DNA from: Zygnema circumcarinatum SAG 698-1b
Lineage: Eukaryota > Plantae > Zygnematophyceae
Direction of reading: 5' to 3'
Length of the DNA: 64,000 nucleotides
Assembly (NCBI GenBank): GCA_037447605.1
Contig: CM074811.1
Location: 806,001-870,000, forward strand
Shown: positions 24,995-36,478 of the stretch, piece after piece
Numbering within the stretch: position 1 is the stretch's first letter
Layout of the letters: every line of letters begins with the position of its first letter
Translations under genes and position numbers: made by a program
Notes under the pieces: generated by a model
Told to the model about the DNA's origin: nothing
The model's database searches: none
Seen by the model: only the letters and a program-made list of their open reading frames with translations

Positions 24995-27900
24995 NNNNNN
25001 NNNNGTCAACGGCGCCAGCTCCTCTGGCACTGCTCCACCGGTTACCCCCCCTGTCAGGAGAACTTCCGTCCTCCCTCCTTCCACGGGTCATCCCTTGGGT
25101 TCCATGCTTGAGGAGGATACTGACGATTTCACTGAGGAGGCGCCGACAGCGGCACAGCCAGAGCCGATAGCGCCAGCGACAGAGGACATGCACGTGAATC
25201 CTCCCCATCGCCCTCGGGCGGCCCGTTTCTATCCCCAAGCAGCCGATCGACGACCACCTCCCCCGACAGATGGCCTATCCCTGATTGAACGCATGGTTCA
25301 TCAGCTTATGGGGGACAAGGCTAAGATCGGAATTACCTTGTCACAGTTGATGCAGCTGGTTCCAGGCGCTGCAGCTGTAGTTCGTAAGCTGGCCGACAGT
25401 GCAGAGGCCACTCTGCAGCCGCCCACGGTTCCCATGGCACCTCCTCCGGGTATCCCCTCGCCTGCAGATATACACCACATGGCCACTGCGCCTCTTCCAG
25501 ACCCTGTTCGCTCGCCACGCCAGCCTCCTCGCCAGATTCATGTCCTCCCTCTGATACCAACACCCAACGTGCGCATCATTGTCAATGTATGGCTGAATGG
25601 ACATCCTAGCAAGGCCATGATAGACACTGGAGCTATGCGCACAGTTCTGTCTAAACCAGTGATGAAGGCTGCAGGTGTTAAGTTGGACAAGACACTCAAA
25701 CCCATCCCCAGATATGTTGGGGTTGAGGGTAGTCTGCATGAAGGTTTGGGCAGTGCACAGGTGATCATCAGCCTTGGAGAGATGGGAGCCATAGTGAATG
25801 CGGTCATCACTGCCGCTGAGCATTATTCTATCCTGCTTGGCTCAGATTGGCTCATTGCAATGGGGGCACAAATTGACTTTTCTACGTGTCAGCTGCACTT
25901 ATCTGCTGGAGGGACAGATTGCTCCTTCCCCATCATACTTGAGTCCCTTGCCACCTCCGCCTTCCCCAAACGACACGCCACGGCGCAGGTATCCTACCCA
26001 GAGATCAACATGTATCATGCTGCCGGCAGTCCCCATTCTTCCTATGGTTCTGCCAATTCTGATACTGAGGAAGAGACTCCCACTCCTGCTCCTCCGGGTC
26101 CAGCCCTCTGTGCGCAGACAGAAGACCTTTTGCCGCCGGTGATAGCTGCACCCAGCTTTCCCCCCCACGAGACCATCAGTGATGAAGAGTGGCTGGAGAT
26201 AGAGGGTCAGATGCGATTGGGGCCAGCAGTACTCTCTGACCCAATCAAGCATTCTCAATTGCGACAAGTTCTACGTCGCAATCACCTAGTCTTTGCACGC
26301 CATTCATTGGACATCGGAAAGACCCACTTGATTGAACATCACATCGATACTGGGGATTCCCCTCCAGTGATGACCATGACCCCTTATCGCTTTTCCGCTG
26401 CTCAGCAAGCCGATGTCGAAAGACAAATTGATGAGAATGTTGCTGCCGGATTGATGGAACCCGGAGAAGGTCCCTGGGCCAGTCCGGCTGTTTTGCCACC
26501 AAAGCCAGATGGCACCCTTCGCTTCTGTGGAGACTATCGAAAATTGAACGCCATGACGAAGTGGGATCCATATACGTTGCCAGATGTGGACCTTATCCTC
26601 CATGGCGTTTCTCCTAATGACCAGTGGTTCTCTGCACTGGATATGCAGAAGTCCTTCTGGCAAATCCCTTTGCGGCAGGCGGATCGCTGCAAAACAGGTC
26701 TTCGCACGGCCACACGATTCGTGCAGTGGACAGTGCTTCCCTTTGGGCTCAAGAATTCCAGCCAAACTCACCAGCGCCTGGCCAACCAGGTTTTTGGTCC
26801 CTGTCGCGCCTTTTGCGAACCATACGTGGATGATGCTTCCCTCCACAGCAAGGATTGGTCCTCCCATCTGCAGCACATTGACCAAGTATTGCAACAACTC
26901 ATCAGTGCTCGTTTAAAGATTGCTCCCAAGAAGTGCAAATGGGGCCATCAGGAAATCACTCATCTAGGACATCGTCTCGGCATCGATGGGCCGAAGCCAT
27001 CCCTCGACAAAATTGAGGCGATTGACCTTATGCCAGTACCACAGAACCTCACTCAGCTCAAATCCTTTTTGGGGCTCACCTCATTCTATCGCCGGTACAT
27101 AGAGGGTTATGCCCTTATCGCGCGTCCCCTACACGCCTTAGAAAAGCATGGAGTCGACTATGAATGGAGCAGGGCGCAGGATTTGTCCTTCCATGCGCTC
27201 AAGAGTGCCCTCCTTCAGGCTCCTTGTCTGCATCAATTCGACCCCACCCTGCCCACAATTATTGACGCCGACTGGAGTCAGACGGGCTTTGGGGCAGTGG
27301 CCAGTCAAGCATTCTCTGATGCTGAGCACCCTGTCTGTTATGCTACCAGGGTTTGTTCAGACACTGAGACTAAGAACAGCCCTACTGAAGGTGAGGCTGC
27401 GGCTATTCTCTGGGCACTTGAGAAGTTTAAGCTCTTTACAGCTTACCAGCCCATTGTCATTCAGATTGACCATATGCCACTCACTTGGTTGCACATTATG
27501 GCTACTCTACGTCCCAAGTTTACGTTAGGTGATGAAGTCAGAGGAGTATAATGTCCTCAAGGTCACTCACCGTCCCGGACGGAGTCACGGCAATGCAGAC
27601 GGCCTCAGTCGAAATCCTTCGGCTCCACTTCTCTGTCACGACCCGGGCGTTCCTGAACCCATCCCTCCACCCACCCTTTTGAACCCTGAGCATCTTCCCA
27701 TCGAGCTTTTCATTGCCGATCAAGCTCTGCATGATGTCATCTTTGCGGATGGGCTGATTGATATGCCTGCCACGGCCACCACCCTCCATCGCTGGCAGGA
27801 CTCTGACTTCACCCACGGCCATCCTCACGCGGATCCTTGGGAGCTCCTCATGGATGACGACGGCGACGCTCCCTTCCTTCCTCCCCATTTCCCTAGTGCC

Positions 27901-29177
27901 AATGATGTTCATTCTGACTCCTCTCTCGTGCGTTACGTCATGACTCGGACAATGCCTCCTTTTATCCCGGATACTGAGAGGGCTCGGCTGCTTCGCCGCG
28001 CTCGGAACTTCTCTGTGGATGACGATGGTCAGATTATTTACCTCCCCTCCAGCCTTCCTGTTCCTTTCCCCAACGAGCGCATGGAGATTCTGGATGTCGC
28101 CCACGATGCCCAGCCGGGCGGATTCCACCTTGGCCAGAGGAAGATGGTCGCCATGCTGCAGGAGCGGTATTATTGGCCTGGACTCCATGGCGCTGTGGGC
28201 CGATATGTCGAAACTTGCACAAGTTGTCAACGCGGCAAGCGCTCTGCTCCCCCCGACCGCCAACCCCTAGAGATGGGTGAGATCCCTATACGAGGCGTTG
28301 CAGAAGATTGGAACATTGACACATTTTCTATTCCACAGCTCGGCACCCCATCTGGATACATTAGGGTATTCTTAGCAGTGGATAGATACACCAAATGGGT
28401 GGAAGTTCACGCAACCGAATCCAAGCACTCAGTCCACTCTGCTCGCCTCCTGATAGACATCATTCACCGTCACTCTCTCCCTTACTCTGTTCACTCTGAC
28501 AATGGCTCAGAATACAAGGGGGCGTTTGCCAAGCTCATGCAAGACTTTCGCATCCATCACCGCACCTCTAGCCCCTACTCCCCCTGGCAGAATGGGCTTG
28601 CAGAACGTACCATACAGACCGTCAAAGACGCGTGCGTTCGCGGCTGCGCGGAGCTGGAGGCGGACTGGCGCGAGGTCATTCCCTCCCTGGTCTTCACTTA
28701 CAACACTTCTGTTCACTCCTCCACTGGCTTCTCTCCCTACGAGCTCCTCTATGGACGTAAGCCTCGCATTCCCCTTGACCTCCTTTCTGTGAACCCCTCT
28801 TCCTACGATGATCGCCTCCCCGGTCGGGTAAGCGCCCAGCTTCGACTCCTGACCTCGGCTTCCAAACCCCTAGATTCAAGCGGCCTCCCATCCAGCGAGC
28901 GGCATGCGGGCGTAACTCACCGACTTTGGCGAGCGGCAGCGGCTGCTCTGCCCAATCGGGTCGCGCCCACGTCGGCATTTGGCTGGGAATCTGCATAAAA
29001 CCGACTCAGCGGGCCTTTCCCTGGTTGGGCCCTTTCATTTGTGTCGGTCCGTCCGACATTCCAGGCTGGGCCATCATTTCGGAAGGCCCTGACTCTAGTG
29101 GGAACGCCCGGCGCTGGCGTTCACACTGGATCGACATTAGCGCGCTCCCGTCAGCTGTTCCTCCCAGCGATGGGTGA
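24969..29177 (+). pseudogene. pol: Gypsy pol: aspartic protease, reverse transcriptase, RNase H, integrase with GPY/F motif
   Basis: ORF 24969-27551: MIDTGA, WASPAVLPPKPDGTLRFCGDYRKLN, FSALDMQKSFWQI, LPFGLKNS, YVDD, IDADWSQTGFGAV, EGEAAAILWAL. Frameshift near 27525 into 27529-28998: H-H-C-C zinc finger, WNIDTF, VHSDNGSEY, SPWQNGLAERTIQTVK. A further shift leads to PWLGPF (28926-29177 frame). Confidence 0.93.
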
Positions 29178-29690
29178 CCGTTTCGCGACGAAGCCGCGGT
29201 CTCCTCCATTACCCCCCACCGCCGCGGCGACTCCTTATTGGTCATTTACACTTCCCGCCTTTTGCCGCCGCCAACATTTTAAGCCAGCACATGCGTGCTT
29301 CGATTTGGTTCCTCGGTTCGACCCTGCGGCCTTAACCTAATTCTCATCCTCTTGCTCCTCCCAATTTCTCCACCATGGATCCACCAGCTTTCCCCTCCAC
29401 GTGGGTGCCACCTACCCAGGTCAGCCCATGCAGCGCTTTCGCAGTGCGGTCATACCACTCCTGGCGAAGATATGCGTGGGGCTTCTCCCCGCGACCACCT
29501 CGCCCACCGCGCCTCCGTCCCCCATCATCACCCCAATCTCAGCCACTTCCTCCGCTTCCCTCGGATTCTGTCTCCCCTCCACTTTTCCTCCTCACCCTTG
29601 TCATCCTACTCCGGCCCCACTTCCCTTCTTCTCTCTTCGCTTCATTTAAGCCGCTTGGCATTAAACATTCCCCGGCATGTGCTACGGTCT

Positions 29691-30647
29691 TGGCGTAGTG
29701 GAGCCTGCGCTTCGGCGGATCCTTTGTCCGGTTCAGTTGTACTTGATCGCCTGCCTCTTGAGAATCACGGATCAGCCCGAATCCAGGAGTATAGCGGAGG
29801 ATGCAAGAAAAGCGATTACCATGGTGGCGGCCACGAACCCGACTTACATCATCCAGCAAGGCACTTTTCGGGCGCCCGCCAATCGCGCCGATAGTTATTA
29901 GTTGACCTATCGCCGTCGGCCAATTTTCGGTGGTGGTTAATGTCGAGAGACTGGCACTACTAAGACTCAGGATTCTTGTCCGGAGATAGATAGATGGGAT
30001 GTCCCAGTGATGCTAGTTTATGCTTAGTCTTTGAGCAGTATTTGTATTTCTTTGTGTGGTTTGTTGTCTTGTTCTTCTTTTCTTCCTCTCAAGCTCGACG
30101 GATGCTGGTTAGAGAGAGAAGGTTCGGCTGCAAAGAGGAGAGTCTTCTTCGCGTGTAGACATCCCATTATTGACCAGACAAGCATTTGGATTGAGAAGAC
30201 ACTTATATTGTAATGAGAATCCCCAGCCAATCGCTGGCTGGGGTGAGTTTCAAAGACACACCCTTTTTCTAAGCTGATTCCTATCTTCCCTTTGCTGCCT
30301 CTATGCCAAGCTCCAAACTTGCTGTAGCCTGCCTTCCATTCCTCCCAATGACCAATGATAACTAGGAGCCTAGCAAAGAGAATAGCTGAAGAGAGAACAG
30401 AAGAAGAGAACCCCCAGGGGAGGGCTCTTTGCGTATCGAGTCCGGCCGCCGGCGGGAACATCTTCAGGATCCCTACGTCTTCCGCTGCGCGTACCTCTGA
30501 ATCCCCCGGTTCCTGGCGCTATACTGCAGGCAGACCCACAGCCCCAATCCAACCCTTCATTAGTTTCAGGACAGATGCACTAGTTGCCGTACAGCACCTT
30601 CAGCTAGCTCAGCAGTCTCCTCTCAACCCCACTTATCTTGTGCTACA
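29691..30647 (+). repeat. Gypsy 3' LTR
   Basis: Direct repeat of 20755-21395. The exact termini are ambiguous (see findings). Confidence 0.8.
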
Positions 30648-31173
30648 GAGGTGGAAAATATGATGGGGTCCTACTGTAATACGGATAGTACGGCTAACAC
30701 ACAGTTACCGTACAAAAAGGTGGTTTTGGCAAAATCGGGGCGAATTTCTTGAGGACGCACTCCTTAGGGCGGTAAATACGAGGACCCCCCACTGTACTTA
30801 GCCAATTAAGTCAGCTGGCAAGAAGTACAGCCATGTCGACATAGAGTACGGACAAAACGGGCACAGCACCTTTTAAAAGGACAATTTTTGCTGTCAGTAG
30901 TGCCTTTAGATGCCTATGAGCTAATCGCAGGAAAACACGTGTCGCAAATTGTCCCGCGAACGAATATGTGTACGGATGAGCCATGTGAATATAACGAAGG
31001 CGCCCTCCCTCCCCTCATGCCCCGACCCTCCCCGCCCGTGGACACGAAAGAAATTGACCGATGCTGATTGGTCCACAGCGCGCATTTTTTTGGCCCGCGG
31101 CCTCCTCTTGTGATGTCGGTGCCATAGTGTAATATCGAGACCGCCATCCGTACAAAGCACTACGGTCCCATGG

Positions 31174-31180
31174 TATATAA
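31174..31180 (+). promoter_or_regulatory. TATA box of the LRR gene
   Basis: TATATAA about 50 nt upstream of the first ATG (31227), which has a gccATGG context. Confidence 0.6.
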
Positions 31181-31226
31181 TAACCGTCCCGCGCCAGCGA
31201 GCCTCCGTCCGTCCCTGTGCCAGGCC

Positions 31227-34192
31227 ATGGCGGAGGAAGGCGCCCTCCCTCCCCGCAGGCCCCTCCCTCCCTCCCCTCCCCGCCCTCTCCTCGCCTCTGG
31301 CCGCCCCCGCGTCCCGTCCCCTCCTGTCTCCGGCGGGCGCTTGGCCGCGATGGCGCGCGCGCGGTCTCTCTCTCTCGCGGCGGCGCTCCTCCTCTTTGCC
31401 GCCGCCGCCGCCCCGCGCGAAGCCGCCGCTCAGGCCATGGACCCGCGAGACAGTGAGCCGCCGCGGCCCGCCCGCCCGCCCTCTATGGAAGCAGGGGAGA
31501 GGCGGCCTGCCCGCGGCGGGGCCTCTGTTTGTGCTTTTTGAAGCGGACCGCGGCCTCAATCCAATCCTGCATCTGCTCGCTCTTGGGCGCAGGGACCGCT
31601 CTTCTCGCTCTCAAAGCGGCATTCTACAACGGACAAGATGTCCTCACCTCCTGGAAAGCGAGTAACCGCCTCTGCAGCAAGTGGCGTGGGGTCACATGCG
31701 GCGACTACGGGCTCGTTACTGAGCTGTGAGCCACACTTTGACTGAACAGCGCTTGTGATGTTGGGGGCTCCACGGATTCCATAGCTGCTGAACTGCAGGC
31801 TGAGGAGCGAGGAGCGTTCTGTGGAAAGAATCCTCCGCAGAAAGCGGCTAAAAAGGGCCGCCCCGAGCAGTCCTTCTACTGCCCGCAGCCCTTTCTTCTT
31901 CTGACACTCTCGATGCTAACCTGCATTATGCAGAGATTTAGAATTCTCCGGCGTTTATGGAAGCATTTCACCTTCCATTGGCAACCTTACGAATCTGCAG
32001 TACTTGTAAGTATTTTTCCCCATAAATCTGAAATGAAAGTGATAGAAATGCCAGACAGAGATATGCCAGTGATAGAAATGCTAGTCGTGGCAGCAAGTTT
32101 ATTTAGTGCCTATTTTTTTTTTTTCTGGCAGATACTTGGATAACAATGCCTTAACGGGGTCTATCCCGGATTCTATCGGCAACCTTGCGAATCTAGAAAT
32201 ATTGTGAGTATTTTTCACAATAAATCTGAAATGAAAGTGATACAAATGCCAAACAGCGGAATGCTAGTGATAGAAATGCTAGTCGTGGCAGCATGTTTAT
32301 TCAGTGCGTATTTTTTTTTTTTTTTTCCAGATTCTTGGATTTGAATTACCTAACGGGGTCTATCCCGAATTCTATCGGCAACCTTGTGAATCTGCTCTTC
32401 TTGTAAGTATTTTTCCCCGTAAATCTGAAATGAAAGTGATAGAAATGCCAGACAGAGGAATGCCAGTGACAGAAATGCTAGTTATGGCAGCATGTTTATT
32501 CACTGCCCCTTTTTTTTTTTTTTGGCAGAGATTTGAGTTCGAATTCCCTAACAGGGTCTATCCCGGATTCTATTGGCAACCTTGCGGCTCTGCAAAGATT
32601 GTAAATATTTTTCCCCATAAATCTGAAATGAAAGTGACAGTAATGCCAGACGTGTGAAGGGAAATGACACATTCTCACTTACAGCACACACATGATGAAC
32701 ACAACACACAGTCCCATTGGACCAGTACAAAACACAAACACTTTCTTTATTTCATCAGAGTACTCCTTACACTTCACTTCATCCTCTTTTCTCTCATCCT
32801 CTGTTGCGTTGCTGCTAGGCAAGTCTTCTTTTTCTACTCATTGTCTAAGCTTCCAAAACACACCTTCCTGAATCCTGCATCCATCTTGCGACGCTTCACC
32901 TTACACTTCTCTTCCTCCTCGGACTTTCCCAAAAGCTCTCACACACGCGGTCCCTTTCATACGTACACTCCGTACATCATCCTTACATCTGTCCGTTCAA
33001 CATCCATACTATACATATTCCGTACAAGCTGCAGCATCACAACCCATCACAAGACAGAGGAATGTCAGTGATAGAAATCCTAGTTGTGGCAGCGTCTTTA
33101 TTCAGTACCCTTTTTTTTTATTTTTTGGCAGAATCTTGGAAGAAAATTCCCTAACGGGGCGTATCCCAGATTCTATCGGCAACCTTGTGAATCTGGGGGA
33201 ATTGTAAGTTTTTTTAAAAGTGATAGAAATTCCAAACATAGGAATGCCAGTGATAGAACTACTAGTCGTGGCAGCATGTTTATTCAGTGCCCTTTTTTTT
33301 TCTTTTTGGCAGATGGTTGGATTCTAATTCCCTAACGGGGTCAATTCCGGATTCTTTCGGCAACCTTGAGAGTCTGCATAACTTGTAAGTATTTTTCCCC
33401 ATAAATCTAAAACGAAAGAGATAAAAATGCCAGACAGAAAAATGCCAGTGATAGAAATGCTAGTGGTGGCAGCTTGTTTATTAAGTACCCTTTTTTTTTT
33501 TTTTCTTTTGGCAGAATCTTGGAAAAAAATTCCCTAACGGGGCGTATCCCGGATTCTATCGGCAACCTTACGAATCTGGTAACATTGTAAGTATTTTCCC
33601 CCAGAAATCTGAAAAGAAAGTGATAGAAATGCCAGACAGAGGAATGCCAGTGATAGAGATGCTAGTCGTGGCAGCATGTTTCTTCAGTGCGTATTTTTTC
33701 TTTTTTGGCAGGCTCTTGCGTAATAATTCCCTAACGGGGCCTATCCCGGATTCTATCGGCAACCTTACGTATCTGGCCGACTTGTAAGTATTGAAAAAGC
33801 TGAAAGCCCTTCGCCTTGTATTAGATCTTACTGACGTGCTGAGAATCTTCCAACCAATCACGTCGTAGTGCCAGATACGCGTCAGATTCTTTCCTGCGCC
33901 ACTCCTCCGATCTGTCCGCTGCCGTACCGTTCCTTCGTACTTCCTAGTGTCGGTGCCTGCGAGCGGTGCCTTCCGCCCTCGAGAGGACACGTGTCCCCCC
34001 AACTGCGCGCGGCCCTTGGCGGCATCCCCTCCTCCATGCCATGCCATGCCATGCCATGCCATGCCATGCCGCGCTGCGCAGAGCCCTCCGCCCCCTCGCC
34101 CCTCCATGGTGCCGGGAACCTGCTCATGGGTCGGTTGGCACGTGGCAACTTCGAGCTTCGGTTTGCATTTGAGCAATCACGCGACCGAGTTT

Positions 34193-34228
<36 letters not shown>

Positions 34229-36478
34229 NNNNNNNNNNTTTTTTTTTTTTTTTTTTTTTTTTGGCGCAAAACATCCGCCGAGCTCGTGAAACTTTTTATG
34301 AAGATCGGTCGATGTTAATTCACATGCAGACGCTTTACTAGTTTTGAGGGGCGTCATCCCGTCTTGGGAACTTCGTTAACCTCGTTCCTCGTGAATTCGT
34401 ATAATTTGTATTAGTGTGTATGGCTTTTTTCCTGACATTATAAATGCAGTGACTTATTGCACCTTGAAAAGCAGCAACTTTCGATAATATGTATTTATGA
34501 TTGCGTGGCAAATCTTTGCCGCGTGGTTGTTTCCACCTTTGGTGTTTATATACAAGTAAAATTTTAATCTCGCACTGCCTTTTTGTGCGACTGCGTTTGA
34601 GAATTCGACTATAGAACGTGGAGTTGAATGCCTGATTTACTCCTGTTCGTTTCAGAACCAGTCTTTTTACTTTCGTTGAACTTTCTGTCGTTATGTATGT
34701 CTGCAGGGACCTGAGCAACAACAAACTGGAAGGGAGAGTGTCCGGCTTCATCTCTAAACTCACCCGACTGAATAGCATGTAAGCACCGCTGCATCGATAA
34801 CTCTGTATTCGCAGTTTGAATTTTTGCTCTTGGCCAAGCATTTATACCTCTCGAACTATTACATTTATTTCGCTCTTGCATGAGTTTTAAGGGTATCTCA
34901 TATTTTTGGTCACTTCTGTCACGGGGGGGGGATTTTTTGACGAACTATAGCGCGCACGTTTGCATGCGAGAGATTGGTCTTCGTTGTTGAGATTTTAGGT
35001 TTCAGAGTTTACGGATTAAGACTAGGGTTTAGGGTTTAAGGTTTTAGGTCTAAAAACTCGAGGGGTTGAAGGGCATGTCCGTTGAAGGGTTTAGAAGCCA
35101 TGGGGGTTTAGTGGGTTCAGGGTTAATTTGATTGCAGGTAGAATTGATGAAGGGAAAGGCATAGTGATTCAGGGGTTCAGTGTTTGAAGGCTGAAGGTTG
35201 CGTAGGGTCGTGAAGATGGAGTTAGAGACTTTGCAGACAGCACAAGCGAATGTTTCAGTGGCTGTGACACAAGGAAGATTAGAACGGGTTCTGATGGAAA
35301 GTTCTTCTCTCTCACGCTATGTCTCTAACGCGCCACTCTTAATGTCATCAGGCAGTTAAACAACAACAAGTTGACTGGCTCCATTACTCAAGCGTTCACT
35401 TACTATAATCACCTGGAGATCCAAGACAACTACTTCTCTGGGCCAATCAATATTACAGCGGATGGGCAACCATATTGCGTCGCTACCATGTATGCCAACA
35501 ACTGCATTTATCGCGATATCACAGGATGTGGCGCAGCTCAAGAGCAGAGACCTCCGCAAGAGTGCGCGGCCTTTTGCCAGAGCGGTTCTCCCGAGGGAGC
35601 GTGCGGGGGCAGCGGCACGTGCGGGTACGACACGGCCACGTGCACATGCGACAAGGGATATGCGCTGGCATCGGGCACGTGTGGTGAGTGGCAACTTGCT
35701 GCTTGTTTATACTCGTAAGAAAGGTGAAGAAACGAGTGGCATAGGTTGTGGAGACTATCGCATTGCTATCAACTTTTACACTGTCGTTGCTATTAGAGCA
35801 CACTGAATGCGATCCATTTGAGGCCGCCAATAGAGGAGATTCAATTCTCGACCTTCTAGAAGCACATGGCAAGTCCAATGCTCGACCCAATCCAATCCCG
35901 TGCAAGCTGCAACATATCTCGGCTCCATTTGGAGTAGCTAGATAACCTGCGGGTTTGACTTTTCTGCTTTCCAAAGAGAAACATGCGCAGCTCGAGAAAT
36001 GACACATGAATCTGATTGTCCGTGGAGATGCATATAGCCTGAGATGCACATAGATGATGAAATATGCTGTGAAGTTTTGAAGTAAGTTAATTTTCTTTTT
36101 GAAGGGTTTTCATTCGATCTGCACCTTCCCAGAACGTTAATAAGGACGTGTTTCGATTAGAATTTGTAAGCTATGGAAAAAGTGAGTTCGCCTTGATTAT
36201 CATCGGGAACTCACAGAGTGCCCTGCATTTCTGCAGCTTCACGATCCCCGCCTCTGCGTCCGCCTCCTCCCCGTCCTCTGCCTCCTTCAAAAAGGCCCCC
36301 TCCACGTAAGCCTCCTCCTAGCCGTCGACCCCCTCCTCGAAGCCCCCCTCCACGTAAACCTCTTCCTAGCAGTCGACCTCCTCCTCAACGTCCCCCTCCT
36401 CAGCGTCCCCCTCCACGTAAGCCGCCTCCCAGCCGTCGACCCCCTCCTCGACGTCCCCCTCCGAGCCGTTCTCCTTGA
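31227..36478 (+). CDS. Secreted plant-type LRR protein: signal peptide, LRRNT, ~11 LRRs, Cys-rich/EGF-like module, Arg/Lys/Pro-rich tail (no TM or kinase)
   Basis: Exons: 31227 (or 31350)-31452, 31593-31725, nine 72-nt phase-2 exons (31934-32005, 32132-32203, 32331-32402, 32529-32600, 33132-33203, 33313-33384, 33515-33586, 33712-33783, 34707-34778), 35352-35683 and 36237-36478. All are GT-AG with compatible phases, giving 485 aa from ATG 31350. Motifs: MARARSLSLAAALLLFAAAAA, RTALLALKAAF...LTSW...CSKWRGVTC, LxLxxNSLTGxIPDSIGNLxNL, QRPPQECAAFC...CGGSGTC...CTCDKGY, (R/K/S)PPP repeats. Confidence 0.9.
31934..33790 (+). repeat. Tandem array of eight ~198-bp exon+intron units
   Basis: Unit spacings are 198, 199, 198, 603 (199 plus a 404-bp insertion), 181, 202 and 197 bp. 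Introns share gtaagtatttttccccataaatctgaaatgaaagtgatagaaatgccagacagaggaatgccagtgatagaaatgctagtcgtggcagcatgtttattcagtgc-polyT-ggcag. Confidence 0.95.
32653..33051 (-). mobile_element. 399-bp solo LTR inside LRR-array intron 4
   Basis: Termini TGTGA...TCACA, flanked by AGACG/AGACA (5-bp TSD, one mismatch). Removing it restores the standard 199-bp unit. AATAAA on the minus strand suggests the orientation. Confidence 0.85.

Larger units (their letters stand above)
20755..30647 (+). mobile_element. Ty3/Gypsy LTR retrotransposon, disrupted (nested insertion, stops, frameshifts)
   Basis: Direct repeats at ~20755-21395 and ~29691-30640, tRNA-iMet PBS at 21396, then gag, and PR-RT-RNaseH-INT in gypsy order. 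Confidence 0.93.

Noticed and set aside
31934-33790. CRISPR-like repeat-spacer interpretation of the array
   Set aside because: The variable segments are 72-nt GT-AG-bounded exons encoding LRRs and the constant segments are spliceosomal introns. The context is eukaryotic with no cas genes.
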